Assembly (NCBI GenBank): GCA_046593925.1
Contig: JBKJQN010000061.1
Coordinates: 2,410-66,409, forward strand
From: Mycobacteriales bacterium
GTDB taxonomy: Bacteria > Actinomycetota > Actinomycetes > Mycobacteriales > SCTD01
Reading direction: 5' to 3'
Length of the DNA stretch: 64,000 nucleotides
A program made the translations under genes and the position numbers. Position 1 is the first letter of the stretch. Each line of letters opens with the position of its first letter. Positions 38,368 through 47,714 of this stretch are shown in pieces. The notes beneath the pieces were generated by a model, which worked only from the letters and a program-made list of their open reading frames with translations, did no database searches and was not told the origin of the DNA.

Positions 38368-39915
38368 AGGAGCGGGCGTGACGCGGTTCTCGTCGTGGAG
38401 CTGGATTTGGTCAGCGGATACCGAATCGGCAGCCCGGTCGGACCGTGCACCGGACAGCCCGGTACGGCCGCGGAAGAAGTCCGGCATCCGGAGCTCGCAG
38501 AGCGCCATCACCAACACCCCCAGCACCAGCGACCCGATGCCGAGGATGAACACCCCGCCGATGCCGGCGAAGGAGGTGTTGCCGTAGTCGCCGGCGTACA
38601 TGTCCTTGGCGCTCTTGACGAAGCACAGCGTGAGGATGACCGCGCCGACCAGTGGCAGGACCAGGCGCACCAGCACCTCGCGCGGGGTGCGCAGCTGGCT
38701 GCGGAAGTGCCAGGCGCAGGCGTAGCCGGTGAGCCCGTAGTAGAAGGCGATCATCAGGCCGAGCGCCGCGATCGAGTCGGCCAGCACGTTGCCGCTGACC
38801 AGGACCAGCCCGACGTAGAAGCCCACGGACGCGATGCCCATCGCGATCGTGGACGTCGTCGGGGTCTGGAAGCGCGGGTGGATCGCGGAGAACGCCTTCG
38901 GGATCGCCCGGTGCGCCGCCATCGACAGCGTGGTGCGGGCGGTCGGAAGGATCGTCGTCTGCGTCGACGCCGCGGCCGAGCTCAGCACGGCCAGGATCAG
39001 GATCTTGCCGAACGTCGAGCCGAGCACCTGGTCGCCGACCACCGCGAGCACGTCGCCCTGGTTGGCCGGGTCGGTCAGCACGTCGACACCCGCCCAGCTC
39101 ACGCAGGCGACCGCGACCAGCACGTAGATGCCCAGCAGCAGGACCGTGGAGATCACCGCGGCCCGGCCCGGGGTGCGCTCCTTGTCCCGGGTCTCCTCAT
39201 TGACGGAGACGGCCGAGTCCCAGCCCCAGTAGATGAACACCGCGAGCAGCACACCCTGGGAGAGCGCGCTGAACGAGCCGATCGCCGTCGGGTCGAACCA
39301 CGACAGCGACGGCGTCACCGACGTGTCGGGGGCGTGCCCGGTGGCGACCCGGATGAGCGCGATGAGGGCGAACACCGCGAGCGCGACGAGCTCGACGGCC
39401 AGCAGGACGTACTGCACGCGCGCCGAGAGCTCGATCCCGCGGTAGCAGATGTAGGTCAGGCCGATGATCCACAGCGAGCCCACCAGCGTCGTCCAGAAGC
39501 TGCTCGCCGCCAGGCCGTCGGCGCCGAACAGCAGAAATCCGTACTGCCCGGCGATCTGCGCCAGGTTGGCCATCACGACGACGTCGGCGACGATGATGCC
39601 CCAGCCGCCCATCCAGCCGGTACGCGGACCGAAAGCCTTGGCGGCCCAGGTGAACGTCGTGCCGCAGTCCGGGTCGACCTCGTTGAGCTCGCGGTAGGCG
39701 TAGGCGATGCAGAACATCGGGATGAACGCCAGCAGCAGGACCGCCGGCGTCTGGAAGGCGACAGCTGCCGCCACGAACCCGATCGTCGCGGCCAGGCTGT
39801 AGCCGGGGGCGGTCGACGACACCCCGATCACCACGCTCGAGAGCAGGCCGAGCGCACCCGTCCTGAGCCCCTTGTCGCCGTCACCGAGCTGGGGCTGCCA
39901 TTGCGTCTGGGTCAC
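38365..39915 (-). CDS. APC-superfamily amino acid/amine permease
   Basis: ORF 38365..40008. GTG 39915 follows GACGGAGGCACG and is preferred over the GTG at 40008, which has no RBS. 12-TM pattern: LGLLSSVVIGVSSTAPGYSLAAT... Confidence 0.85.
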   Translation of the reverse strand: MTQTQWQPQLGDGDKGLRTGALGLLSSVVIGVSSTAPGYSLAATIGFVAAAVAFQTPAVLLLAFIPMFCIAYAYRELNEVDPDCGTTFTWAAKAFGPRTGWMGGWGIIVADVVVMANLAQIAGQYGFLLFGADGLAASSFWTTLVGSLWIIGLTYICYRGIELSARVQYVLLAVELVALAVFALIALIRVATGHAPDTSVTPSLSWFDPTAIGSFSALSQGVLLAVFIYWGWDSAVSVNEETRDKERTPGRAAVISTVLLLGIYVLVAVACVSWAGVDVLTDPANQGDVLAVVGDQVLGSTFGKILILAVLSSAAASTQTTILPTARTTLSMAAHRAIPKAFSAIHPRFQTPTTSTIAMGIASVGFYVGLVLVSGNVLADSIAALGLMIAFYYGLTGYACAWHFRSQLRTPREVLVRLVLPLVGAVILTLCFVKSAKDMYAGDYGNTSFAGIGGVFILGIGSLVLGVLVMALCELRMPDFFRGRTGLSGARSDRAADSVSADQIQLHDENRVTPAP

Positions 39916-39984
39916 CGTGCCTCCGTCCGAGTAGTCGTCCAGCACGTCGTGTCGAAGACGGTTCTCGCAGATGGATGCCGGTTT

Positions 39985-40035
39985 GACAAGCAGTTCCGTC
40001 GTCTCCACCCCGTTGGGGGTACCGGAGTGCTTGTC
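39985..40035. promoter_or_regulatory. 51-nt nested inverted repeat in the permease / lrp divergent intergenic region
   Basis: GACAAGCAGTTCCG..ACCCCgttgGGGGT..CGGAGTGCTTGTC. Outer 8-bp perfect arms plus TCCG/CGGA; inner 5-bp stem. Confidence 0.4.
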
Positions 40036-40083
40036 GCGGGCGGTCGCCGCGGGCAGGATGGGCCGCCCCTACCAGGAGGCCGC

Positions 40084-40581
40084 ATGCCGCCCGCGCCCCG
40101 CCGATCCCGCCTCGTGCTCGCCCCGGCGACGGGCCCGCTGCTCGACGACATCGGCAAGGCGATCCTGCGCGAGCTGCAGGAGGACGGCCGCCGTTCCTAC
40201 ACCGCCATCTCCGGCGCGGTCGGGCTGTCTGAAGCTGCTGTGCGGCAGCGCGTGAAGGCGCTCGTGGACAGCGGCGTGATGCAGATCGTGGCCGTCACCG
40301 ACCCGCTGACGCTCGGCTTCGGGGTGATGGCGAGCATCGGCGTGATGGTCACCGGCGACTCGCGCGAGGTCGCCGACATGCTCAGTGAGATCGACGAGGT
40401 CGACTACTGCGTCCTGACCTCGGGCCGGTACGACCTGCAGCTGGAGGTCGTCTGCCGCGACAACGAGCACCTGCTGACCATCATCAATGACCGGATCCGC
40501 ACGGTGCCCGGTGTCCGGGAGACCGAGACCTCGATCTGCCTGCGCGTACACAAACAGACCTACAACTACGGGACGCCCTGA
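40084..40581 (+). CDS. Lrp/AsnC-family transcriptional regulator
   Basis: Tail of ORF 38395..40581, ATG 40084. Motifs: LDDIGKAILRELQEDGRRSYTAISGAVGLSEAAVRQRVKALVDSGVMQIV plus a RAM domain. Confidence 0.88.
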   Translation: MPPAPRRSRLVLAPATGPLLDDIGKAILRELQEDGRRSYTAISGAVGLSEAAVRQRVKALVDSGVMQIVAVTDPLTLGFGVMASIGVMVTGDSREVADMLSEIDEVDYCVLTSGRYDLQLEVVCRDNEHLLTIINDRIRTVPGVRETETSICLRVHKQTYNYGTP

Positions 40582-41810
40582 TGAGCCATCCCCTGCCGGC
40601 GCTGCTGCACCCGTTCGCCCGGCCCGCCGCGCCCGCCGACGGCTTCGTGCGGATGGTGCGCGGAGAGGGGGCGCTGGTCTTCGACGGGGCCGGCCGGCGC
40701 TACGTCGACGCGATGGCCTCGCTCTGGTACTGCAACGTCGGCCACGGCCGGGCGGAGGTTGCCGACGCGGTCGCCCGCCAGCTGCGCGAGCTCGAGACCT
40801 ACCACTGCTTCGAGCGCTTCGCGGGGCCCGGTGCGGAGGAGCTCGCGGAGCGACTGGTGTCGATCGCGCCGATGCCCGGCAGCCGGGTCTTCCTCACCAG
40901 CGGCGGCTCGGAGGCCGTCGACACCGCGCTCAAGCTCAGCCGGGCCGCACACACCCAGGCGGGACACCCGGAGCGCACGATCGTCGTCAGCCGCGCGCCG
41001 AGCTACCACGGGGTGACGTACGGGGCGATGGCGCTGACCGGGCTGCCCGCGAACCGGGCGGGCTTCGGGCGCGGGATGGCCGACGTCGTGCACGTGCCGA
41101 AGGACGACCTGGACGCGGTGCGGGCCGTCCTGGCTGCGCACCCGGGGCAGGTCGCGGCGGTCTTCGCCGAGCCCGTGATCGGGGCCGGAGGCGTCTGGCC
41201 GCCCGCGCCGGGCTACCTGCAGGGCCTGCGCGCACTGTGCGACGCGGCCGGCGCCCACCTGGTGCTCGACGAAGTGATCACCGGCTTCGGCCGGCTCGGC
41301 AGCCTGTTCGGCGGCGGGCACTACGGCGTGCAGGCCGACCTCATGACCTTCGCGAAGGGGGTGACGAGCGGCTACGTCCCGCTCGGCGGGGTGCTCGTCG
41401 CGCCGTCGGTGCACGAGCCGCTGGCCGCCGACCCGGCGTACGTCCTGCGGCACGGCTACACCTACTCCGGCCACGCGGCAGCCTGCGTGGCGGCGCTGGC
41501 GTGCCTGGACATCACCGAGCGGGAGGGCCTGGTCGAGCGGGCGAGGCTGATCGGCGCCCGGCTCGGCCCGCAGCTCGAGGCGCTGCTGGCCGACGGCCTG
41601 GTCGCCGACGTCCGCGGGGAGGGGGCTCTGTGGGCGGTCTCCGTGCCGGACGGCGTCGACCCGGTGGCCGTCCGCGACCGGATGCTCGACCTCGGGGTCG
41701 TCGTACGGCCGATCGCGCCGACCACGCTCGCGATCTGCCCGCCGCTGGTGATCACCGACGACGACCTCGACGCCGTACCCGCCGCGCTGCGAGCGGCGCT
41801 GGCGACGTGA
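40581..41810 (+). CDS. Class III aminotransferase (second copy)
   Basis: The ATG overlaps the lrp stop (TGATG). Motifs: LWYCNVGHGR, FLTSGGSEAVDTALK, LVLDEVITGFGR, MTFAKGVTSGY. Confidence 0.88.
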   Translation: MSHPLPALLHPFARPAAPADGFVRMVRGEGALVFDGAGRRYVDAMASLWYCNVGHGRAEVADAVARQLRELETYHCFERFAGPGAEELAERLVSIAPMPGSRVFLTSGGSEAVDTALKLSRAAHTQAGHPERTIVVSRAPSYHGVTYGAMALTGLPANRAGFGRGMADVVHVPKDDLDAVRAVLAAHPGQVAAVFAEPVIGAGGVWPPAPGYLQGLRALCDAAGAHLVLDEVITGFGRLGSLFGGGHYGVQADLMTFAKGVTSGYVPLGGVLVAPSVHEPLAADPAYVLRHGYTYSGHAAACVAALACLDITEREGLVERARLIGARLGPQLEALLADGLVADVRGEGALWAVSVPDGVDPVAVRDRMLDLGVVVRPIAPTTLAICPPLVITDDDLDAVPAALRAALAT

Positions 41811-43201
41811 CCGCCACCGATGCCGGCCGGGCGTACCGCGGCTTGAGCCTGTGGCACGACCTGCTACCGAGCCCGCTCGACCCGCGTGACCCGCTGCCGG
41901 GCGACACCGCCGTCGACGTCGCCATCGTCGGGGCCGGCTACACCGGGCTGTGGACGGCGTACTGGCTGCTGCGGCACGACCCGACGCTGCGGGTCGCCGT
42001 GTTGGAGCGGGAGGTCGCCGGCTTCGGTGCCTCGGGGCGCAACGGCGGCTGGTGCTCGGCACTGTTCCCGGCCTCGTGGCGGCGGCTCGCCCGCGACGGC
42101 GGCCATGACAGCGCGCGGGCGATGCAGCGGGCCCTGGACGAGACCGTCGCAGCAGTCGGGCGCGACAGCATGGACGAAGGCATCGACTGCGCGTACGTCC
42201 GCGGGGGCATGGTGTCGCTGGCCCGCGGGACGGCCCAGCTGGCCAGGGCGCGCGCCCACGTCGCGGACGCCAGGGCGTACGGCTTCGGGCCGGACACCCT
42301 GGACCTGCTCGACGGCGACCAGGCGGTGCGGCGCGTGGCGGCCACCCGCGTTTCGGGGGCGGTGACCAGCGCGCACTGCGCGGCGCTCGACCCGGCGCGG
42401 CTGGTGCGCGGGTTGGCCGAGGCGGTCGAGCGCCGGGGCGGCACGGTGTACGAGCGGACCGCCGCGCTGTCGGTCGAACCCGGCCGGGTCGTCACCGACC
42501 ACGGGACGGTACGCGCCGACGTCGTGCTGCCGGCGGTGGAGGGCTATCTCGCTCAGCTGCCCGGGCGGCGGCGCGAGCTCGCGCCGGTCTATTCGCTGAT
42601 GCTCGCGACCGAGCAGCTACCCGACGAGGTATGGGCGCAGATCGGGCTCGCCGACCGGGCGACCTTCACCGACGAGCGGCATCTGACCGTGTACGGCCAG
42701 CGCACCGCCGACGGGCGGCTGGCGTTCGGCGGCCGCGGCGCGCCCTACCACTGGGGGTCCAAGGTCTCGCCGGTGTACGACCGGGTGGAGCGGGTGCACG
42801 CGGCTCTTCGGGAGACGCTGGTCGAGATGTTCCCGCTGCTGCGCGACGCGGCCGTCACGCACACCTGGGGTGGCAACCTCGGGGTCCCCCGCGACTGGTT
42901 CCCCAGCGTCGGGTTCGACCCCACCACCGGGCTGGCCTGGGCGGGCGGCTACGTCGGCGACGGCGTCGCGACCTCGCACCTGGCCGGTCGTACCGTCGCC
43001 GACCTGGTGCTGGGCCGGGACACCGAGCGCACCCGCCTGCCGTGGGTACGGCCGCGGGTGAAGCGCTGGGAGCCCGAACCGCTGCGTTGGGCCGGCGTCA
43101 ACGCCGTCACCGCCCTGATGACCCGCGCCGACCGCACCGAGGCCCGCACCGGCCGGCCGTCCCGGGCCGCCGCGGCCTTCTGGCGGTCGCTCGGCGACTG
43201 A
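41807..43201 (+). CDS. FAD-dependent oxidoreductase (DAO family, gamma-glutamylputrescine-oxidase-like)
   Basis: Part of ORF 40487..43201. The GTG at 41807 overlaps the aminotransferase stop (GTGA). Motifs: VDVAIVGAGYTGLWTAYWL...FGASGRNGGW. Confidence 0.82.
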   Translation: MTATDAGRAYRGLSLWHDLLPSPLDPRDPLPGDTAVDVAIVGAGYTGLWTAYWLLRHDPTLRVAVLEREVAGFGASGRNGGWCSALFPASWRRLARDGGHDSARAMQRALDETVAAVGRDSMDEGIDCAYVRGGMVSLARGTAQLARARAHVADARAYGFGPDTLDLLDGDQAVRRVAATRVSGAVTSAHCAALDPARLVRGLAEAVERRGGTVYERTAALSVEPGRVVTDHGTVRADVVLPAVEGYLAQLPGRRRELAPVYSLMLATEQLPDEVWAQIGLADRATFTDERHLTVYGQRTADGRLAFGGRGAPYHWGSKVSPVYDRVERVHAALRETLVEMFPLLRDAAVTHTWGGNLGVPRDWFPSVGFDPTTGLAWAGGYVGDGVATSHLAGRTVADLVLGRDTERTRLPWVRPRVKRWEPEPLRWAGVNAVTALMTRADRTEARTGRPSRAAAAFWRSLGD

Positions 43202-43244
43202 GGGCTCGCGGATACGGTTTGGGCATCCGATCCGGGAGGCCCGC

Positions 43245-43469
43245 ATGTGCCGCAGCATCAAGACCCTGCGTCCGCCGTACGCCGACGACGTCACCCCGGC
43301 GGACGTCGACGCGGCGGCCCTGCAGTACGTCCGCAAGATCGCCGGGATGCGGTCCCCGTCGGCCCGCAACGCGCCCGCCTTCGAGACGGCCGTCACGGCC
43401 GTGGCCGCAGCCACCCGGGACCTGCTCGAGGACTTGGTCGTACGTCCGACCCCGGTACGCGCCGACTGA
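43245..43469 (+). CDS. DUF2277-like small protein
   Basis: MCRSIKTLRPPYADDVTPADVDAAALQYVRKIAGMRSPS. RBS GGGAGG. Confidence 0.7.
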   Translation: MCRSIKTLRPPYADDVTPADVDAAALQYVRKIAGMRSPSARNAPAFETAVTAVAAATRDLLEDLVVRPTPVRAD

Positions 43470-43520
43470 ACGCTGCTGCCTGCCAGCGTGTGCGGGCCAG
43501 GATGCGCACGGGTTCACGAG

Positions 43521-43539
43521 GACCGGTCGGCAGCCGGTC
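43521..43539. terminator. Small hairpin GACCGG-tcggcag-CCGGTC between convergent genes
   Basis: Read directly. 6-bp stem, overlaps the ABC ATPase stop codon. Weak. Confidence 0.2.
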
Positions 43540-44605
43540 AGGCGGGCAGGGCCGCCAGCATGGCGGCGGAGGCGTCGACGTCCAGGCCGACCTCGGCGGC
43601 GGCCGGGTGGTCACCGGCACGGTCGGACGGCACGTCGACGCGGACCAGGTCGCCGGAGCCCGCCAGCCGCACGGTGATCCGGGTCACCGGGCCCAGGAAG
43701 CTGTGCGTCAGCACGGTGCCGGTGAGGGTCGCACCGGCAACGGCCCGCAGCCGGACGCTGTCGGGGCGCACCAGGACCCGCACCGGCGCGCCGTCGGGGC
43801 TGCCGTTCACCACGGCGGCGGGCAGCCGTCGACCGCCGGCGAGCAGGACCGCGCCGCCCGCGGCGGTGCCGCTGAACGCGTTCGTGACGCCCACGAACTC
43901 GGCCACGAACGGCGAGGCCGGCCGCTGGTAGACCGTCGCCGGCGTGTCGAGCTGCTCCAGCCGTCCGTTCGCCATCACGCCGACCCGGTCGGAGATGGCG
44001 AGCGCCTCCTCCTGGTCGTGGGTGACGAACAGCGTGGTGATCTCCAGCTCGGTCTGCAGCCGGCGGATCTCCTCGCGCAGCTGGACGCGGACCTTGGCGT
44101 CCAGCGCCGACAGCGGCTCGTCGAGCAGCAGCACCTGCGGGCGGATCGCCAGCGCGCGGGCCAGTGCGACGCGCTGCTGCTGTCCGCCGGACATCTGGTG
44201 CGGGTACTTCGCGGCCTGCGACGACAACCCGACCAGCTCGAGCATTTCGCCGGCCTGCCTGGCCCGTTCGCTGCCGCCGATGCCGCGCAGCCGCAGGCCG
44301 AAGCCGACGTTGTCGCGCGCGGTCAGGTTCGGAAACAGGCTGTAGGCCTGGAAGACCATGCCCATGTCGCGCTTGTTGGCCGGCAGCCCGCCGACGTCGC
44401 GGCCACCGACCAGTACCGCGCCGCTGTCGGCGGTCTCCAGGCCCGCGAGCACCCGCAGGGCGGTGGTCTTGCCGCAGCCCGACGGACCGAGCAGCGACAC
44501 GAACTCGCCGGGCTCGAGCGCGAGGTCCAGGCCATCGAGCGCAGGCACGCCCGCGTACGAGCGGTGCAGGTCGCGCAGCACGACGGCGACGCCGGTACGG
44601 CTCAT
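43538..44605 (-). CDS. ABC transporter ATP-binding protein (PotA/polyamine-iron(III) importer type with C-terminal TOBE-like domain)
   Basis: Within ORF 43538..44929, ATG 44605. Motifs: GPSGCGKTT, LSGGQQQRVALARA, LLLDEPLSALD. Confidence 0.9.
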   Translation of the reverse strand: MSRTGVAVVLRDLHRSYAGVPALDGLDLALEPGEFVSLLGPSGCGKTTALRVLAGLETADSGAVLVGGRDVGGLPANKRDMGMVFQAYSLFPNLTARDNVGFGLRLRGIGGSERARQAGEMLELVGLSSQAAKYPHQMSGGQQQRVALARALAIRPQVLLLDEPLSALDAKVRVQLREEIRRLQTELEITTLFVTHDQEEALAISDRVGVMANGRLEQLDTPATVYQRPASPFVAEFVGVTNAFSGTAAGGAVLLAGGRRLPAAVVNGSPDGAPVRVLVRPDSVRLRAVAGATLTGTVLTHSFLGPVTRITVRLAGSGDLVRVDVPSDRAGDHPAAAEVGLDVDASAAMLAALPA

Positions 44606-45459
44606 CGGGCACCCGCGACGCTGAGTGGCGCCGCACCCACGGTGTCGGCGGCGAGGGGCTCCGCGACCCGGCCGGTGCGCCGCCGACCGGCGACCAGCGA
44701 CACGGCGAGCAGCAGCACGAACGCAAACACCAGCGAGGCCAGCGATACGGCGATCGACAGCGACGCGTCGCGCTTGCCGATGAAGGCGATATCGACCTGC
44801 AGGGTCGTGAAGTTCAGCAGCGACGCGATCGTGAACTCCCCCAGGACGAGGGCGACCGACAGCAGCCCGGCCGACAGGACGGCACTGCGAACATTGGGCA
44901 GCACGACCCGCAGCAGCACAGTGGCCCACGACGCCCCCAGGCTGCGGGCGGCCTCGGACAGCGTGCGCAGGTCGACCGCGGTCAGCCCCGACTCGATGGC
45001 GCGGTAGGCGTACGGCAGGACCAGGATGACGTAGACGAAGGTCAGCGTGAGCGGCGAGTCGCCGAGGAAGTACGTCACCCAGGTGTACAGCGACGCAATG
45101 CCGACCACCAGCACGATCGCCGGGATGACCAGCGGCAGCAGGCAGAGGGCCTCGATCAGCCGCTTGACCCGCGGCAAGCGCAGATGCACCCAGGTCATCG
45201 TCGGCACGAGCAGCACCAGCATCAGCAGCGCGGTCAGCACCGCGAGCTCGAGCGAGGTGGCGATGGCGTGCAGCAGCTCGCTGTCGGCGCCGATCGCCCG
45301 CCAGGACGTCAGGGTGCGGGAGCCGCCCGGGCCCCGGGTGGAGAACTCCAGCATCGCCAGCAGCGGCAGCGCGAAGTACGCACCGAGCACCGTCAAGATG
45401 GTCCAGCGCAGGGCCGTCGTCCGGCGGCGGCGACCTGCGGCCGTCGGGGCGCCGGCCAT
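44602..45459 (-). CDS. ABC transporter permease (PotC-like)
   Basis: Within ORF 44602..46071. ATG 45459 overlaps the upstream permease stop (ATGA). Contains an EAA-type loop, LSEAARSLGASWATVLLRVVLP. Confidence 0.85.
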   Translation of the reverse strand: MAGAPTAAGRRRRTTALRWTILTVLGAYFALPLLAMLEFSTRGPGGSRTLTSWRAIGADSELLHAIATSLELAVLTALLMLVLLVPTMTWVHLRLPRVKRLIEALCLLPLVIPAIVLVVGIASLYTWVTYFLGDSPLTLTFVYVILVLPYAYRAIESGLTAVDLRTLSEAARSLGASWATVLLRVVLPNVRSAVLSAGLLSVALVLGEFTIASLLNFTTLQVDIAFIGKRDASLSIAVSLASLVFAFVLLLAVSLVAGRRRTGRVAEPLAADTVGAAPLSVAGAR

Positions 45460-46388
45460 CAGCGCAGCCACCGGCTGGTCCGGCGCTGCAGCAGCGCGTA
45501 CACCGTCATGACGACAGCGACCACGACGATCATGCCCAGGCCCAGCGCCTTGCCCTGGCCCTGCTGGCCGAGCAGCACCTCGCCGGTCTGCAGGGCCCGG
45601 ATCTGCAGCGGGATGAGCGTCGCACCCTGGCTGATCAGCACGGCGGCGGTGGCGTACGCGGAGAAGGCGTTGGCGAACAGCAGCAGCGTCGACCCGGTGA
45701 ACGCGGGGGTGAGGATCGGGCCGGCGACGTGCCGCAGGTAGGTCCAGCCGGTGCCGCCCAGGCTTTCGGAGGCCTCGCGCCACTGCGGGCGCAGGCCGTC
45801 CAGCGCCGGCAGGAAGACGATGACCATCAGCGGGATCTGGAAGTAGGAGTAGAGCAGCACCAGGCCCGGGAGCTCGAAGATCCAGGCGCTGCCGGCGAAG
45901 ATGTCGAGCCCGGCGTGGTCGCGCAGGAACACCGTGACCAGGCCCTCGAAGCCAATGGTTGCGAGGTAGGCGAAGGCCAGCGGCACGCCGCCGAACTGCG
46001 CCAGCACGCTGGCGACGGAGGTGACGAACCGGCGCAGCGCCGAGTCCGGCCGGCCGCTGACGACCGCCCACGCCAGGGCCGCACCCAGCACGGCACCGAC
46101 CACGGCGGTGATCGCCGACAGCTCGATGCTGCGGACGAACGCCTCCCGGTACGGTGAGCGGAAGATGCCGGTGACGTTGGCCAGGGTCAGCCCGCCAGCG
46201 CCGTCGGAGAACGCGCCGCCGACGACCGCAAGGGTCGGCCAGAGCAGGAACACCGCGACGAAGGCGAGGAACGGCAGCGTGAGGAGGTGGTCCAGGACCT
46301 GCCGCCTGCGACGGATGGAGCCGCGGGTGGGTGCGGGCGCGTCGACGGGTCCGCTGCGCAGGAGCGCCGCGGACCCGCCCGCAGTCAC
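45459..46388 (-). CDS. ABC transporter permease (PotB-like)
   Basis: 309 aa, multi-TM. EAA-type loop WREASESLGGTGWTYLRHVAGP. Confidence 0.85.
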   Translation of the reverse strand: MTAGGSAALLRSGPVDAPAPTRGSIRRRRQVLDHLLTLPFLAFVAVFLLWPTLAVVGGAFSDGAGGLTLANVTGIFRSPYREAFVRSIELSAITAVVGAVLGAALAWAVVSGRPDSALRRFVTSVASVLAQFGGVPLAFAYLATIGFEGLVTVFLRDHAGLDIFAGSAWIFELPGLVLLYSYFQIPLMVIVFLPALDGLRPQWREASESLGGTGWTYLRHVAGPILTPAFTGSTLLLFANAFSAYATAAVLISQGATLIPLQIRALQTGEVLLGQQGQGKALGLGMIVVVAVVMTVYALLQRRTSRWLR

Positions 46389-46393
46389 ACTGC

Positions 46394-47587
46394 TCAGCTG
46401 ACGGCCTTGGCGTAGTTGGCCGCGAGGTAGGTCTTCGCCTTGGCCGTCTGGGCGTCGGTCAGGAACACCGCGCTGCCCTCGGCCTGCGGCAGGGCGGCGA
46501 AGGCCGCCTTGTCGATGGTGCCTGCCTTGGCCATCGCATCGGCGCGCACCGGGCGCCCGAAGCCCTTGAGCCAGAGGTTCTGGCCGGCATCGGAGTAGAG
46601 GTACTCCTGCCAGAGCCGGGCCGCCGCCGGGTGCGGGGCGTCCTTGTTGATCGCCTGCTGGTAGTAGGAGCCCACCACGGCACCGGCGGGCACGACGACC
46701 TTCCAGTCCTTGCTGCCCTTGAGCTTCGCGGTCTGAGCGGCGTTGGTGTAGTCCCAGTCGATGACGACCGGGGTCTGGCCGGAGGCGATCGTGGCGGGGC
46801 TCGGGTCGACGGGCAGGAAGTTGCCGGCCTTCTTGAGCTGGCCGAAGAAGTCGACGCCCTTGCTGATGTCGTCGGCCGAGCCGCCGTTACCGAGTGCCGC
46901 CATGACGACGCCGGTGAAGGCGGCGCCGGCGGTCGTCGGGTCGCCGTTGAGGGCGACCTTGCCCTTGTACTCGGGCTTGAGCAGGTCGGCGACGGCCGCC
47001 GGGGCCGGCACCTTCGAGGCGTCGTACCCGATCGACATATAGCCGCCGTAGTCGCTGACGTACGTGCCGGTGGGCTCCTTGAGCTGCGCCGGGATGTCGG
47101 CCCAGGTCGACACCTGGTAGGGCGCGAACATCGCGGTGTTGGCGGTGGCGACGGCCGCGCCGAGGTCGAACACGTCCGGCGCGCGGTCGGTGCCCTTGAG
47201 CTGGTTGGCGGCGTTGATCTCGTCCTGGCTCGACCCGTCCGGCTGCGCGGAGTTAATCTTGATTCCGTACTTGCTCTCGAAGGTGGAGATCACCTCGGCG
47301 TAGTTGGTCCAGTCCGGCGGCAGCGCGATGACGTTGAGGGTGCCTTCCTTCTTGGCGGCGGCGACCAGGGCGTCCATGCCGCCGAGCGCCTTGGCCGACG
47401 TCGCGGTGGCAGCGCTGGCGGGTGCTCCGGACGAGCTGGCCGGCGAGCTGGTCTTGGCCGGCGCGTTGCCGCACGCACTGGCGGCCAGTGCGGCGGCGAG
47501 CGCGACGGTCAGGCCGAGGCGCCGGCGCGGGCCACCGGGACGCGCCGGATGGTCGGTCTGACGGAGGGTGCGGATGGCGGCCTTCAC
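46394..47587 (-). CDS. ABC transporter periplasmic-type substrate-binding lipoprotein
   Basis: Signal plus lipobox-like LAASAC. Family-1 solute-binding protein pattern. First gene of the importer operon. Confidence 0.85.
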   Translation of the reverse strand: MKAAIRTLRQTDHPARPGGPRRRLGLTVALAAALAASACGNAPAKTSSPASSSGAPASAATATSAKALGGMDALVAAAKKEGTLNVIALPPDWTNYAEVISTFESKYGIKINSAQPDGSSQDEINAANQLKGTDRAPDVFDLGAAVATANTAMFAPYQVSTWADIPAQLKEPTGTYVSDYGGYMSIGYDASKVPAPAAVADLLKPEYKGKVALNGDPTTAGAAFTGVVMAALGNGGSADDISKGVDFFGQLKKAGNFLPVDPSPATIASGQTPVVIDWDYTNAAQTAKLKGSKDWKVVVPAGAVVGSYYQQAINKDAPHPAAARLWQEYLYSDAGQNLWLKGFGRPVRADAMAKAGTIDKAAFAALPQAEGSAVFLTDAQTAKAKTYLAANYAKAVS

Positions 47588-47660
47588 GGGGTCTCCTCAG
47601 GAGGGGGCCCGCGGCGGGCCACTCGGCCGGAAGGTAGCGCAGCGCCGGGCGGGTCCGGAG

Positions 47661-47704
47661 CGTTGCTGAGCAACGGTCGCGCAACGGTCGAGTGAACGGT
47701 GCGG
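47661..47704. promoter_or_regulatory. Palindrome CGTTGC-tga-GCAACG followed by phased direct repeats GCAACGGTCG / GCAACGGTCG / TGAACGGTGC (11-12 bp period)
   Basis: Read directly in the 127-bp region upstream of the ABC operon. A fourth degenerate copy, TCAACGGAT, lies at 47713-47721. Confidence 0.45.
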
Positions 47705-47714
47705 GGCGGAAAGG

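Noticed and set aside
39916-40008. Alternative permease start at GTG 40008 (METTELLVKPASICENRL...)
   Set aside because: It has no RBS, the extra 31 residues are not permease-like, and it would bury the nested inverted repeat inside coding sequence. GTG 39915 has a strong GGAGG.
43247-47695. Plus-strand ORFs 43247..45007, 44164..45741 and 46331..47695 (454-586 aa)
   Set aside because: They lie antisense to the PotABCD-like operon, whose ABC motifs are unambiguous on the minus strand. Their translations are Arg/Gly/Asp-rich and repetitive.
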